Part shown: positions 35,964 through 44,537 of the stretch, piece by piece
Layout of the letters: every line of letters starts with the position of its first letter
Position numbering within the stretch: the stretch's first letter is position 1
Origin: Patescibacteria group bacterium
Lineage (GTDB): Bacteria; Patescibacteriota; Gracilibacteria; UBA1369; UM-FILTER-53-11
Length of the DNA stretch: 56,491 bases
Reading direction: 5' to 3'
Assembly: GCA_038062615.1 (NCBI GenBank)
Contig: JBBTWV010000002.1
Location: forward strand, 1-56,491
Notes under the pieces: model-generated
Databases searched by the model: none
Told to the model about the DNA's origin: nothing
The model's input: the letters and a program-made list of their open reading frames with translations, nothing else
Made by a program: the position numbers and the translations under genes

Positions 35964-35983
35964 TGTCGCCCATGCAGGCGACA
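35964..35983 (-). other. Intercistronic hairpin (TGTCGCC-6 nt-GGCGACA) between rpsK and rpsD, followed on the mRNA strand by a U-rich run
   Basis: Perfect 7-bp stem. On the minus strand the downstream sequence is AACATCTAATTTTTATTTTTTT, then the ATG of rpsD. Confidence 0.4.
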
Positions 35984-35994
35984 TGATGCGAAGG

Positions 35995-36522
35995 CTAGAC
36001 GCGGCGTGCCTTACGAGGACGGCAGCCATTGTGAGCAATAGCTGTTTTATCACTAATAGTTTCAATAGAAACTCCAGAAGCACTTACGGCTCTTACCGCT
36101 TGGTCGCGTCCGGATCCCGTGCCTTTTACAGAAACATGAACTCGTTCCACGCCTAATGCCTTGGCTTTTGTAAGCGCTGTTTCAGCTGCCACCGAAGCAG
36201 CATAAGGCGTCGCTTTTCTCGTGCCTTTAAATCCGCATGAACCCGAAGATGCCCAGCAGACCACATTCCCATTCATCTCAGTCACCGTTACAATCGTATT
36301 GTTGTAACTGGCCTGAACCGTAACCATAGCCTCGGTAAGGCTATGCTTTTTGGACTTCTTCTTGCGCTTCTTGGCACCAGCTTCATCCTCGCCGCTTGCT
36401 CGGTTTGATGCCTGAGCATCATCGCCTCCTTCGGCTGCAGCACCTTCCGTGGTTGCGGATGGCGCATCTTTTGCAGGGGCATCAGCTGGAGCAACACTTG
36501 GTTTTTTGGGTTCTTCTGCCAT
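35995..36522 (-). CDS. rpsK: 30S ribosomal protein S11 with ~50-aa Ala/Glu/Lys-rich N-terminal extension
   Basis: Core VQASYNNTIVTVTEMNGNVVCWASSGSCGFKGTRKATPYAA... Confidence 0.9.
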   Translation of the reverse strand: MAEEPKKPSVAPADAPAKDAPSATTEGAAAEGGDDAQASNRASGEDEAGAKKRKKKSKKHSLTEAMVTVQASYNNTIVTVTEMNGNVVCWASSGSCGFKGTRKATPYAASVAAETALTKAKALGVERVHVSVKGTGSGRDQAVRAVSASGVSIETISDKTAIAHNGCRPRKARRV

Positions 36523-36535
36523 AAAAAATTTGAGT

Positions 36536-36627
36536 GGTTGCGCCCTTCAGGCGCAGTTATTGGTTTAGCCTCGCTAGAGTCATCTATGCAGATGACATGA
36601 TGCTGAGGCATCAGGCTCGGCCTGTTA
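36536..36627 (-). repeat. Family B nested-hairpin repeat (B2) filling the rpsM-rpsK spacer
   Basis: GGTTGCGCCCTTCAGGCGCAGTTATTGGTTTAGCCTCGC...GGCTCGGCCTGTTA. The TTA at 36625-36627 is the complement of the rpsM stop codon. Confidence 0.7.
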
Positions 36628-36999
36628 CTTCGTTACCTTTTTCTTGTTGGCTACCGTTACGCGTTTGCCTTTTCTTGTGCGGGCATTCGTTTTTGTTCGC
36701 TGGCCGCGCACCGGCAGACGTCTTCGATGGCGAAGTCCGCGGTAGCATCCAATCTCCTGGAGTCGTTTGATATCCAGTTGAACTTTGCGGCGAAGATCTC
36801 CCTCAACCGGCATTTTGGCAATATATTCACGCACCTTATTAAGATCTACTTCATTGAGATCCTTCATCTTCACATCCTTATTGATGTTTAAATCCGTAAG
36901 AATGCGCTTAGAGACGGACCTCCCAATGCCATAGACGAGCGTCAGTCCTGCTTCAATGCGTTTGTTGTCTGGAATATTTACACCTGCGATTCGAGCCAT
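36625..36999 (-). CDS. rpsM: 30S ribosomal protein S13
   Basis: [28 protein letters not shown]... Confidence 0.9.
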   Translation of the reverse strand: MARIAGVNIPDNKRIEAGLTLVYGIGRSVSKRILTDLNINKDVKMKDLNEVDLNKVREYIAKMPVEGDLRRKVQLDIKRLQEIGCYRGLRHRRRLPVRGQRTKTNARTRKGKRVTVANKKKVTK

Positions 37000-37014
37000 A
37001 AGGAGAGAGATAGA

Positions 37015-37128
37015 TTAACCTTGTCGTTGCTTATGTTTAGGAGTTTTGCAGATAACGCGGACGACTCTTCGTCGTCGAATAATCTTGCATTTAGGACATA
37101 TGGGTTTTACGGAAGCTCGGACTTTCAT
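37015..37128 (-). CDS. rpmJ: 50S ribosomal protein L36 (not in the supplied ORF track)
   Basis: The reverse complement translates to [37 protein letters not shown] plus a stop. Its ATG overlaps the infA TGA (ATGA). Confidence 0.85.
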   Translation of the reverse strand: MKVRASVKPICPKCKIIRRRRVVRVICKTPKHKQRQG

Positions 37129-37406
37129 ACCGGATTAGATGGCGGACTTGGCCGCGACGAATCAAAATTATCTTTATAACGGAAGGTAATACGACCGACT
37201 CCTTGCAAATCACTTGAATCAAGTTCAATCCGGACACGATCGCCCGGAATGATTCTTATATAGTGGAGGCGCATTTTACCTGAGATTTTTCCCCGAACGA
37301 CCATGTTCTCAGGGAAGCTAGGGTCAGTGATCTTAATGTTAAAGAATGCACTCGGAAGATTTTGGAGGACCACACCGTCAACCTCCCATTTGTTGCCTTT
37401 TGGCAT
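37125..37406 (-). CDS. infA: Translation initiation factor IF-1 with short Ser/Pro-rich C-terminal tail
   Basis: S1-like fold sequence [36 protein letters not shown]. Confidence 0.85.
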   Translation of the reverse strand: MPKGNKWEVDGVVLQNLPSAFFNIKITDPSFPENMVVRGKISGKMRLHYIRIIPGDRVRIELDSSDLQGVGRITFRYKDNFDSSRPSPPSNPV

Positions 37407-37490
37407 AATTTATCGTGAAACAGTCTTTTTTAAGAAAGCAGAGGGATATTAACCAAAATCATGCTTCTCCTGCAAGGAAATTAAAAAAAT

Positions 37491-38267
37491 CTATTGCGGA
37501 TAAACGGCGTTTATTGTGTCGTTATATTTTGTCAAAACTTCGCAACCTGATGGCGTTATGGCAATAGTATGCTCCACTTGGCACGCCATGGAATGATCGC
37601 GGGTAACCACCGTCCAATCATCGCTTAGAGTGTCCACAAAACGTGCACCCATGTTAATGATGGGTTCCACTGCAATAACCATGCCTGGGACGAGCAGAGG
37701 GCCTTTGCCTTTTTTGCCCATATTGGGAACCTCCGGCTCTTCGTGCAGCTGGCGGCCAACCCCGTGCCCAATGTAATCGCGCACCACAGAATATCCGTGT
37801 GATTCAATCCATTGCTGGACGGCAAATCCAATGTCTCCCGTATGGGCTCCAGGCTTTATAGCAGCCAAACCTTTTTCAAAGGACTGCTGAACCGTTTTTA
37901 CAAATGTCACTATTTCGGGCTTCACATTTCCAATGAGCACCGTTACAGCCGCATCGGTATGAAATCCTTTGTGAATAACACCGCCGTCAATGCTTATGAT
38001 GTCACCGTCTTGCAGCACTCGCGGACCAGGAATGGTGTGTACCACTTCATCGTTTATCGAGGTGCAAATAACCGCAGGGAAGCCGCGATAGCCTTTAAAG
38101 GAAGGTGCCACATCGTATTTTGCCATCATTGCCTCTGCCTTGAGGTTGAGGTCGCCCGTCGTCATGCCAGCTTTTGTCTGAATGGCTAACTCATGCAAAA
38201 TTTCTGCGAGGATTTTGCCGCCCTCGCGCATGGCTTGGATTTCTTCGTTGGTTTTAATGTGAATCAT
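37491..38267 (-). CDS. map: Methionine aminopeptidase type I
   Basis: FKGYRGFPAVICTSINDEVVHTIP, DIISIDGG, HGVGRQLHEEP and AVEP. The ATG at 38267 is preferred over the tracked GTG at 38282. Confidence 0.9.
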   Translation of the reverse strand: MIHIKTNEEIQAMREGGKILAEILHELAIQTKAGMTTGDLNLKAEAMMAKYDVAPSFKGYRGFPAVICTSINDEVVHTIPGPRVLQDGDIISIDGGVIHKGFHTDAAVTVLIGNVKPEIVTFVKTVQQSFEKGLAAIKPGAHTGDIGFAVQQWIESHGYSVVRDYIGHGVGRQLHEEPEVPNMGKKGKGPLLVPGMVIAVEPIINMGARFVDTLSDDWTVVTRDHSMACQVEHTIAITPSGCEVLTKYNDTINAVYPQ

Positions 38268-38287
38268 AGAATTTGTGTGCACAGGCC

Positions 38288-38944
38288 CTAACCAAGTTTT
38301 TCAAAAAGATTTTTACTGACTTCTTCAATGGTGCCTGTGCCGTTTACCGTGATCATTTTTTCACGCGTTTTCCATTCTTCAATCACCGGCAGCGTTTCTT
38401 TATAAAAAATATCAATACGCGTGCGGATACTCTCCGGGTTATCATCGGTCCGTCTGAATAACGTCCCACTACATTTTTCACAAACCGGGTGGGAATAAGC
38501 AAACGGATAGGTTGCCTTGCAATCCATACATATGCGTCGCCAAATCAATCTTTTTTCAGCTTCATGTCGTGAAATATCAAAATAAATACCAATATATTCT
38601 CGGTTCATTTTCTGTAGTAATGCTTCAAAAGTTCCGCTTTGTTCTTGATTCCGGGGAATACCATCAAAGATAATTGGCATTTCTGGATGATTTTTTGGCA
38701 CGAGAGTAGTGATGCAATTTTCAACGATCCTCATTACAACTTCATTGGACACTAAGTGTCCCGCATCAATTATGGATTTAATTTCTTTTCCTAGTGGTGA
38801 ATCTTCTTTCGAGAGTATTCTAAGCTGTTCTCCGGTTTCGAAATAAATTGGAAAGGAATTATTTTTATCAACTAATTTCTTAATTAATATTTTCCCTTGG
38901 GTTCCTTTTCCCGCACCTTGTATTCCAAAAAGCACATAATCCAT
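38288..38944 (-). CDS. adk: Adenylate kinase (zinc-lid type)
   Basis: P-loop GIQGAGKGTQ and lid cysteines CMDC...CEKC. Confidence 0.85.
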   Translation of the reverse strand: MDYVLFGIQGAGKGTQGKILIKKLVDKNNSFPIYFETGEQLRILSKEDSPLGKEIKSIIDAGHLVSNEVVMRIVENCITTLVPKNHPEMPIIFDGIPRNQEQSGTFEALLQKMNREYIGIYFDISRHEAEKRLIWRRICMDCKATYPFAYSHPVCEKCSGTLFRRTDDNPESIRTRIDIFYKETLPVIEEWKTREKMITVNGTGTIEEVSKNLFEKLG

Positions 38945-38946
38945 AG

Positions 38947-38983
38947 CAGGGTACAGGGTACAGGGCCCAGGGTATGAGGGTCA
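38947..38983 (+). repeat. Tandem heptad CAGGGTA x ~4.5 giving five GGG tracts (G-quadruplex-type motif on the plus strand)
   Basis: GGG at 38949-51, 38956-58, 38963-65, 38970-72 and 38978-80, with 4-5 nt loops. It starts 2 nt from the adk start codon. Confidence 0.6.
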
Positions 38984-39056
38984 ATCCCGGAAAATATTTT
39001 CTTCTTATAGGTAGCACGGCCTGGCGGCCCTGTCCGAAAAAAATACGCAATCGCCA

Positions 39057-40352
39057 CTACACTAACTTCTCGTAATCATGCATGATGAGCTGCGCGTTGA
39101 TTTGTCGCACCAGCTCCAGCACCACGCCTACGATAATAATTAACCCGGCGCCGGAAATGAGGCTTGGTACCGAACCCAATTGTGATCCGGAAAATGCAAT
39201 TTGAAGAAGAATGGGCGCCACGGCAATGAGTGCTAAGAAAACACCGCCAAAGAGATTTAAGCGATTAGAGATTTTTCCAAGATATTCCACGGTTTGGCTT
39301 CCTGGTCGAATACCGGGAATATAACCACCTCGTTTTTGAATGTTCTCCGCCACCTGCTTGGCATTGAAGGTGATGCTCACGTAGAAGTACGTGAAGAGAA
39401 TAATCAATAAGAAGTAGAGGATGAGGTAGAGAGTACTATTTGGAGCAAAATAAACCGAGAGAAATTCGCCGGTGCTCTTGAGCCACTCGGTGCCTGAGCG
39501 TTGGAAGAATTGAGCCAATAAACTTGGGAAGCTTACGAGTGAAACGGCAAAAATGATCGGAATCATGCCTGCCTGATTAATACGAATCGGTAAAGCGGAT
39601 TGCTCGCCGCGGCCTTGGAACTTGTGGCCCGCGTAGGTAATGGGAATTTTTCGCTCGCCTTCGGCAACCAACACAATGACTACCAATAAAATAATCGTGA
39701 AAAGAATGGTGCCAACAAATGGAATGAGGGCCTGCGTATCGGTTTGGCCAAGATACAGGGTTTGAGCCACAATTGCCGGCATGCCGGCAATAATATTCGT
39801 GAAGATGATGAGCGAGATGCCGTTGCCAATGCCTTTTTCGGTTATGATTTCACCTAACCACATGAGCCACAGAGTTCCCGTGGTGATGGTCAGCATAATT
39901 GGCAGAATGACTTTTGGATCCTGGATGCTTTCAATAATAGGAATTTGTGACTGAGAATTGAGGAGCAAAATGGTTCCGTAGGATTGGAGCAGGGCGAGCG
40001 GGATGGTGAGCCAACGGGTATATTTGTTGAGGGTTTTTTGACCTTGTTCTCCTTCCTTAGAAAGATTCTCCCATTTTGGAATAATAACGGTGAGTAGCTG
40101 AATAATAATGGATGCATTAATGTAAGGGGACACTCCCATCAGCACGATAGAAAAATTTTCTGCGCTGCCACCCGTAAGCGCCGAGAAAATTCCAAAGAAA
40201 GAATTTTGCTGGAAAATAGCCTGGATTGCCTGGAGATTGGCACCAGAAATAGAAATTTGCGTAGTAAGGCGATAAACCAAAAGTGCGCCTATTGTGAAGA
40301 GGATTTTCTTTCGCAGATCCTTAGAGTGCCAGATTTGCGCAAAGTATTTCAT
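39057..40352 (-). CDS. secY: Preprotein translocase subunit SecY
   Basis: Ten-TM SecY sequence in the spc-operon position. The ATG at 40352 (MKYFAQIWHSKDLRKKILFT) is preferred, because the tracked start at 40472 overlaps rplO. Confidence 0.9.
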   Translation of the reverse strand: MKYFAQIWHSKDLRKKILFTIGALLVYRLTTQISISGANLQAIQAIFQQNSFFGIFSALTGGSAENFSIVLMGVSPYINASIIIQLLTVIIPKWENLSKEGEQGQKTLNKYTRWLTIPLALLQSYGTILLLNSQSQIPIIESIQDPKVILPIMLTITTGTLWLMWLGEIITEKGIGNGISLIIFTNIIAGMPAIVAQTLYLGQTDTQALIPFVGTILFTIILLVVIVLVAEGERKIPITYAGHKFQGRGEQSALPIRINQAGMIPIIFAVSLVSFPSLLAQFFQRSGTEWLKSTGEFLSVYFAPNSTLYLILYFLLIILFTYFYVSITFNAKQVAENIQKRGGYIPGIRPGSQTVEYLGKISNRLNLFGGVFLALIAVAPILLQIAFSGSQLGSVPSLISGAGLIIIVGVVLELVRQINAQLIMHDYEKLV

Positions 40353-40356
40353 GGGT

Positions 40357-40851
40357 TTATTTTGCCTCAGATGGGGCCTTGGAAGCAACAGTCTTTTGAG
40401 ATGCTCCAGAAAGCACGATGGTTCCGTTTTTCGCTTCAATTTTTTGCTTGGCGGATGCGGAACAGGCATCAACTTTTACCGTAAGCTTCTTTTGGACTTC
40501 TCCGTCACCCAAAATTTTAACCGGCAAGTTTTTGCGTGAAACCAGCTTCTGCTCATAAAGAGCGATGAGATCAACCGTCATACCTTCGTCAAACACATTC
40601 AAGTCGGCAACATTCACTACTTGGAAAGGCACGCGGTTAGGATTGTTGAACCCTTTGAGCTTTGGAAGGCGTCGGAGGAGAGGAGTCTGTCCTCCTTCAA
40701 AACCCTGCTTAACACGTCCACCAGAACGAGATTTTTGGCCTTTAACGCCTCGTCCGGAATACGAACCTCTACCAGAACCGTCTCCGCGTCCTGCTGCGCG
40801 GGCGAATCTGTGAGCACCTGCCTGTGGTTTAAGGGTGTGATGTCCAATCAT
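40357..40851 (-). CDS. rplO: 50S ribosomal protein L15
   Basis: GRGDGSGRGSYSGRGVKGQKSRSGG...FEGGQTPLLRRLPK. Overlaps the rpsE stop by 4 nt. Confidence 0.9.
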   Translation of the reverse strand: MIGHHTLKPQAGAHRFARAAGRGDGSGRGSYSGRGVKGQKSRSGGRVKQGFEGGQTPLLRRLPKLKGFNNPNRVPFQVVNVADLNVFDEGMTVDLIALYEQKLVSRKNLPVKILGDGEVQKKLTVKVDACSASAKQKIEAKNGTIVLSGASQKTVASKAPSEAK

Positions 40852-41489
40852 ACAGTGGGTTTTTTCATGGGTTTAAGTTGCCCAAGCGCAATCATCATAG
40901 CTTGTGCATTGGTAATTCGATTTCTGGCGCCGAACATTTTGCTGAGCATATTTTTAATTCCGGCTAGTTCTGCAATTTTACGAACGGCACCGCCGGCAAT
41001 AATTCCTGTACCAGGGCTGGCTGGCATCATAAAAATTTTAGCGCTCTTAAACTTTACCGTGACGTCATGCGGTATAGTGCCGTTTTTGAGCGGAACCACC
41101 ACCATGTCTTTTTTGGCCTGAGTGATAGCTTTTTGGATGGCACCGACGACTTCGTGGGATTTTCCAATACCAATGCCCACTTTACCCTTTCTGTTGCCAA
41201 CAACCACGGTGGCGCGGAAACGCAAACGGCGTCCTCCTTTTACTACGCGCGTTACACGATCAATTTGCAAAACTTCTTCTTCATATTCGGAAGGTTCTCT
41301 TCTGCCTCCACGTCCACCGTGGCCCCCGCCTGGACCTCCGCGTCCTCCTCCGGGTCCTCCGCGTCCATGCCCACCACCCGGACCACCACGCCCGCCGCCA
41401 CCTGGTCCTCCGCGCTTGCCTGCCGGTAGGCTAGTTCCGCGTTGGGGTGCTGCTCCTGCTGCCGGTACATTACTTTTCTGTTGTTCCAT
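40848..41489 (-). CDS. rpsE: 30S ribosomal protein S5 with Gly/Arg/Pro-repeat N-terminal extension
   Basis: Core IDRVTRVVKGGRRLRFRATVVVGNRKGKVGIGIGKSHEV. The N-terminus has GGPGGG(H/R)G repeats. Confidence 0.9.
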   Translation of the reverse strand: MEQQKSNVPAAGAAPQRGTSLPAGKRGGPGGGGRGGPGGGHGRGGPGGGRGGPGGGHGGRGGRREPSEYEEEVLQIDRVTRVVKGGRRLRFRATVVVGNRKGKVGIGIGKSHEVVGAIQKAITQAKKDMVVVPLKNGTIPHDVTVKFKSAKIFMMPASPGTGIIAGGAVRKIAELAGIKNMLSKMFGARNRITNAQAMMIALGQLKPMKKPTV

Positions 41490-41505
41490 AAGATTTTAGA
41501 ATTAC

Positions 41506-41535
41506 ATTCTTGATTCCTGACTCCTGATTCTTGAC
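41506..41535 (-). repeat. Family E purine-rich repeat copy 2, in the rplR-rpsE spacer
   Basis: The minus strand reads GTCAAGAATCAGGAGTCAGGAATCAAGAAT. It shares the exact 13-mer CAGGAATCAAGAA with 3367-3379. Confidence 0.5.
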
Positions 41536-41883
41536 TCAGAACACAAGGCCGCCTTCACGTGCGCCATCGGCGAGTGCTTTTACGCGACCATGATATTTAT
41601 AGCCGTTTCGATCAAATACACAAGTTTTTACGCCTTTTTCGAGAGCCTTTTTAGCCAGTTCCATACCGACTTTTTTAGCACGCTCGGTCTTGGTGCCTTG
41701 CTTAATGAAAGCACTATCGCTCGCAGCAGCAACCACAAGCCCTTTGGCATCGTTCACTAATTGAGCGTAATTTTTCTTAAGACTTCGGAAAACCACGAGC
41801 CGCGGACGAGTTTCTGAGCCTTCTATGCGGGCACGGATTCGGATGTGTCTTCTTTCGCGTTTGAGGAACTTCTTATTGTTCAT
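41536..41883 (-). CDS. rplR: 50S ribosomal protein L18
   Basis: MNNKKFLKRERRHIRIRARIEGSETRPRLVVFRS... The tracked start at 41961 reads through repeat C1. Confidence 0.9.
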   Translation of the reverse strand: MNNKKFLKRERRHIRIRARIEGSETRPRLVVFRSLKKNYAQLVNDAKGLVVAAASDSAFIKQGTKTERAKKVGMELAKKALEKGVKTCVFDRNGYKYHGRVKALADGAREGGLVF

Positions 41884-41961
41884 AATGTTTACGCTCGTCT
41901 GCGCTCGAACCGGCAAAGCCGGATTCTCGCTTGCCTCGCGGCGCCGCTGTGCGGCGCTCAT
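41884..41961 (-). repeat. Family C structured repeat (C1), abutting the rplR start codon
   Basis: AATGTTTACGCTCG...CCGGCAAAGCCGG...GCGCCGCTGTGCGGCGCTCAT aligns with 55789-55868. Confidence 0.7.
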
Positions 41962-41996
41962 AAGGCGCTAGACTGTTAATAAATAGTTAACTTCTT

Positions 41997-42563
41997 CTAC
42001 GCACCGCCTTTAGCGGCGGCTGTAGCGGCTTTTCCGGCCTTGCGGCGGATTTGCTCGCCAAGATAACGAATACCTTTTCCTTTATAAGGTTCTGGTGGAC
42101 GGAGTCCTCGAAGCTCGGAAGCCACTTGGCCCACCAAACTTTTATCAATGCCGGAAACCGTGATGATGTTCTTCTTTTCTTTATCAATTTCAAACAGAAT
42201 GCCTTCCTTAGCGGTGTATTCAATAGGATGAGAGAATCCAAGCGCCAGTTTGAGCTTTTTGCCTGCAATTACTTCAGCGCGGTAACCTACACCTTGAATC
42301 TCAAGTTTTTTGAAGAATCCCTTTGTGACGCCCTCAACCATGTTTGCCACCAGCGTTCGAGTAAGACCGTGGAGGCTTCGATCAAGAATTTCTTCGCTCT
42401 TGCGCTCTACGATGATTTTTCCGTCCTCAATTTTAATAACGACGCGAGCGTGAGGAGCAAAAACAAGCGTGCCCTTTGTCCCTTTTACGTTGAGCTTGCC
42501 CTCTTTAAAGGTAACTTCAACGCCGGAGGGAATGGTAACTGGTTGTTTGCCGATTCGAGACAT
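41997..42563 (-). CDS. rplF: 50S ribosomal protein L6
   Basis: MSRIGKQPVTIPSGVEVTFKEGKLNVKGTKG. The ATG at 42563 avoids overlap with rpsH. Confidence 0.9.
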   Translation of the reverse strand: MSRIGKQPVTIPSGVEVTFKEGKLNVKGTKGTLVFAPHARVVIKIEDGKIIVERKSEEILDRSLHGLTRTLVANMVEGVTKGFFKKLEIQGVGYRAEVIAGKKLKLALGFSHPIEYTAKEGILFEIDKEKKNIITVSGIDKSLVGQVASELRGLRPPEPYKGKGIRYLGEQIRRKAGKAATAAAKGGA

Positions 42564-42574
42564 AAAAAATTTTC

Positions 42575-42958
42575 TTAATATACTTCGCAAAGGAATTCAC
42601 CGCCAACTTTTTGCTTACGGGCTTCTTCGCCAGGCAAGATACCGCGGGAAGTAGAAATAATAGCAATGCCTTGGCCGTTTTTAACGCGCTTGATTTTATC
42701 CCAACCCACATAAATGCGTTGGCCAGGTTTGCTGACGCGCTTGAGCTGAAGAGGTTCACCCTCCGCACGAAGCACAATGTGCAGCTCCTTGGTTTTTTCT
42801 ATGGCGACTTCCTCAACTTTTTCTAAGAAATGCTTATCCATAAGCACCTGTGCAATCGCCTTGATCATGCGAGATGATCGCACCGTAAGCTCGTGCCGTC
42901 TGGCAGAGCTGGCATTACGAATGCGTGTGAGAAAGTCTGAAATAGGATCGGTAAGCAT
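42575..42958 (-). CDS. rpsH: 30S ribosomal protein S8
   Basis: MLTDPISDFLTRIRNASSARRHELTV... Confidence 0.9.
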   Translation of the reverse strand: MLTDPISDFLTRIRNASSARRHELTVRSSRMIKAIAQVLMDKHFLEKVEEVAIEKTKELHIVLRAEGEPLQLKRVSKPGQRIYVGWDKIKRVKNGQGIAIISTSRGILPGEEARKQKVGGEFLCEVY

Positions 42959-42972
42959 ATGGTGAAATAAAA

Positions 42973-43197
42973 TTACCAGGAAGATTTTTTAACGCCTGCA
43001 ATGAGTCCGCGCAGCGCCAGTTCGCGGAAGCAAATTCTGCAGAGATCAAAGTAGCGCATGTAACCACCGATACGTCCGCAAAGCCGGCAGCGATTATATA
43101 CCTTTGTTGGATGATGAGGCTTTTTACCGGCTGCAAGGGAACGGAGGAATTCATCCTTGAGTCGGCGGTGTTTCACTTTTAAGGCTTTTCGAGCCAT
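42973..43197 (-). CDS. rpsN: 30S ribosomal protein S14, zinc-binding (type Z-like)
   Basis: CRLCGRIGGYMRYFDLCRICFRELALRGLIAGVKKSSW, with a CxxC...CxxC pattern. Confidence 0.9.
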   Translation of the reverse strand: MARKALKVKHRRLKDEFLRSLAAGKKPHHPTKVYNRCRLCGRIGGYMRYFDLCRICFRELALRGLIAGVKKSSW

Positions 43198-43211
43198 AAA
43201 TTAAGGAGAGA

Positions 43212-43754
43212 TTAATGTTTAAAGGGGAATCCAAATGCTTTTAAAAGTTCGAGTCCTTGTTTGTCATTTTCTGCCGTGGTCTGAATGGTTATCTGAACGC
43301 CGTGAGTCTTATTAACATCATCGGCCTGAATTTCTGGGAAGACGATGTGCTCAGTAATTCCCACGGAATAATTTCCTTTTCCATCGAATGACTTTTTAGA
43401 GATGCCGCGGAAGTCACGAATACGGGGGAAAACTACATGAACCAGTTTTGTAAGAAAATCATACATGCGTTTTCCGCGGAGCGTAACAATAACGCCTGAG
43501 ACCATATTGATTTTGAGCTTAAAGTTAGAAATGGCCTTTTTGGATTTCACTATCATAGGTTTTTGGCCAGCAATCATCGTAATATTTTTGACGATTTCTT
43601 CGGGATCCTTCCCCTGTGCCACGTGACTTCCAACGCCGACGTTAATTTTGATAGCCTTAATTTTTGGCACAGCATTCCGGTTTTTGAGTCCGAGTACTTT
43701 ACTGAGCTCGGGAACCATTTCGTCGCGATAGAGTTGTTGGAGAGTTTTCTTCAT
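43212..43754 (-). CDS. rplE: 50S ribosomal protein L5
   Basis: NRNAVPKIKAIKINVGVG...RGKRMYDFLTKLV...FDGKGNYSVGI. Confidence 0.9.
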   Translation of the reverse strand: MKKTLQQLYRDEMVPELSKVLGLKNRNAVPKIKAIKINVGVGSHVAQGKDPEEIVKNITMIAGQKPMIVKSKKAISNFKLKINMVSGVIVTLRGKRMYDFLTKLVHVVFPRIRDFRGISKKSFDGKGNYSVGITEHIVFPEIQADDVNKTHGVQITIQTTAENDKQGLELLKAFGFPFKH

Positions 43755-43767
43755 AAGGGATTTAAAT

Positions 43768-43825
43768 GGTCGCGCCCTTCGGGCGCATTACTTGCTTAGC
43801 CTCGCCTCGACGGCTCGGCCTGTTA
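43768..43825 (-). repeat. Family B repeat (B3) filling the rplX-rplE spacer
   Basis: TGGTCGCGCCCTTCGGGCGCATTACTTGCTTAGCCTCGCCTCGACGGCTCGGCCTGTTA. The terminal TTA is the complement of the rplX stop codon. Confidence 0.7.
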
Positions 43826-44164
43826 AACTTTCTTCGTGTGTTTTTTCTCAACGGCTTTATCGAGGCTTTGAGAACATTTTTTGCAGACGCGCTGCTTCTT
43901 TCCTGTCTTAAGAACAATGTGGCCCACGCGCGTTGCTTTAGAACAGTGTGGACAAATCACCATGACGTTAGAGATATCAAACGGAGCTTCAAAAGTGATT
44001 TTCTGGCCAGCTTGATCGGCTTTACGCTTAATATGTTTGACGCGCATGTTGATCTTCTCAACGACGGCTTTACGATGTTTTTCGCTGACACGCATGACCT
44101 TTCCGGATTTTCCGCGATACTTTCCGGCAATTACCAACACATTGTCGCCCGTATGAACTTTCAT
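43823..44164 (-). CDS. rplX: 50S ribosomal protein L24 (with CxxC...CxxC pattern in the C-terminal part)
   Basis: [29 protein letters not shown] motif, and [11 protein letters not shown]...VCKKCSQ. Confidence 0.9.
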   Translation of the reverse strand: MKVHTGDNVLVIAGKYRGKSGKVMRVSEKHRKAVVEKINMRVKHIKRKADQAGQKITFEAPFDISNVMVICPHCSKATRVGHIVLKTGKKQRVCKKCSQSLDKAVEKKHTKKV

Positions 44165-44529
44165 AAAACTTCAGGAGCTAAAGAAACAATTTTTTGAAAA
44201 CCTTTTTCACGGAGTTCGCGAGCCACTGGGCCAAAGACGCGAGTTCCTTTTGGTTCACCTTCCTTAGTGACAATCACGCAGGCATTGTCGTCAAAGCGAA
44301 TGTAAGATCCGTCCTTGCGTCGGATTTCTTTGTGCGTGCGGACAATAACGGCGCGTTCAATCGCCTTTTTCTTCACTTGGGCGTGTGGTGTAGCTACTTT
44401 TACAGAGACCACAATGGTGTCGCCTACCGAGGCATAACGGCGCTTGGAACCACCGAGCACCTTGATGCACTTCACGAGCTTAGCGCCGGAGTTATCGGCC
44501 ACAACGAGTCTGGTAACTTGCTGAATCAT
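44161..44529 (-). CDS. rplN: 50S ribosomal protein L14
   Basis: [37 protein letters not shown]. Confidence 0.9.
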   Translation of the reverse strand: MIQQVTRLVVADNSGAKLVKCIKVLGGSKRRYASVGDTIVVSVKVATPHAQVKKKAIERAVIVRTHKEIRRKDGSYIRFDDNACVIVTKEGEPKGTRVFGPVARELREKGFQKIVSLAPEVL

Positions 44530-44537
44530 GAGTAAAG

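Noticed and set aside
38947-38983. Short tandem repeat as a CRISPR array
   Set aside because: The unit is 7 bp with no spacers, and there are no cas genes in the window. It is a microsatellite-like array.
41122-41499. Proline-rich 125-aa plus-strand ORF
   Set aside because: It is the antisense translation of the Gly/Arg/Pro repeat region of rpsE.
37125-41538. Alternative genetic code 25 (UGA = Gly), as in some candidate phyla
   Set aside because: TGA ends infA (37125-37127) and rplR (41536-41538) at the expected protein lengths, and no conserved protein needs an in-frame TGA.
41884-41961. N-terminal extensions in the tracked ORFs for L18 (to 41961), SecY (to 40472), L22 (to 46589), L6 (to 42590), L3 (to 49552), the lyase (from 18791) and pyrE (from 23999)
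   Set aside because: The extensions read through repeat elements or overlap upstream genes. They are not part of the conserved protein N-termini, and internal ATGs match the canonical starts.
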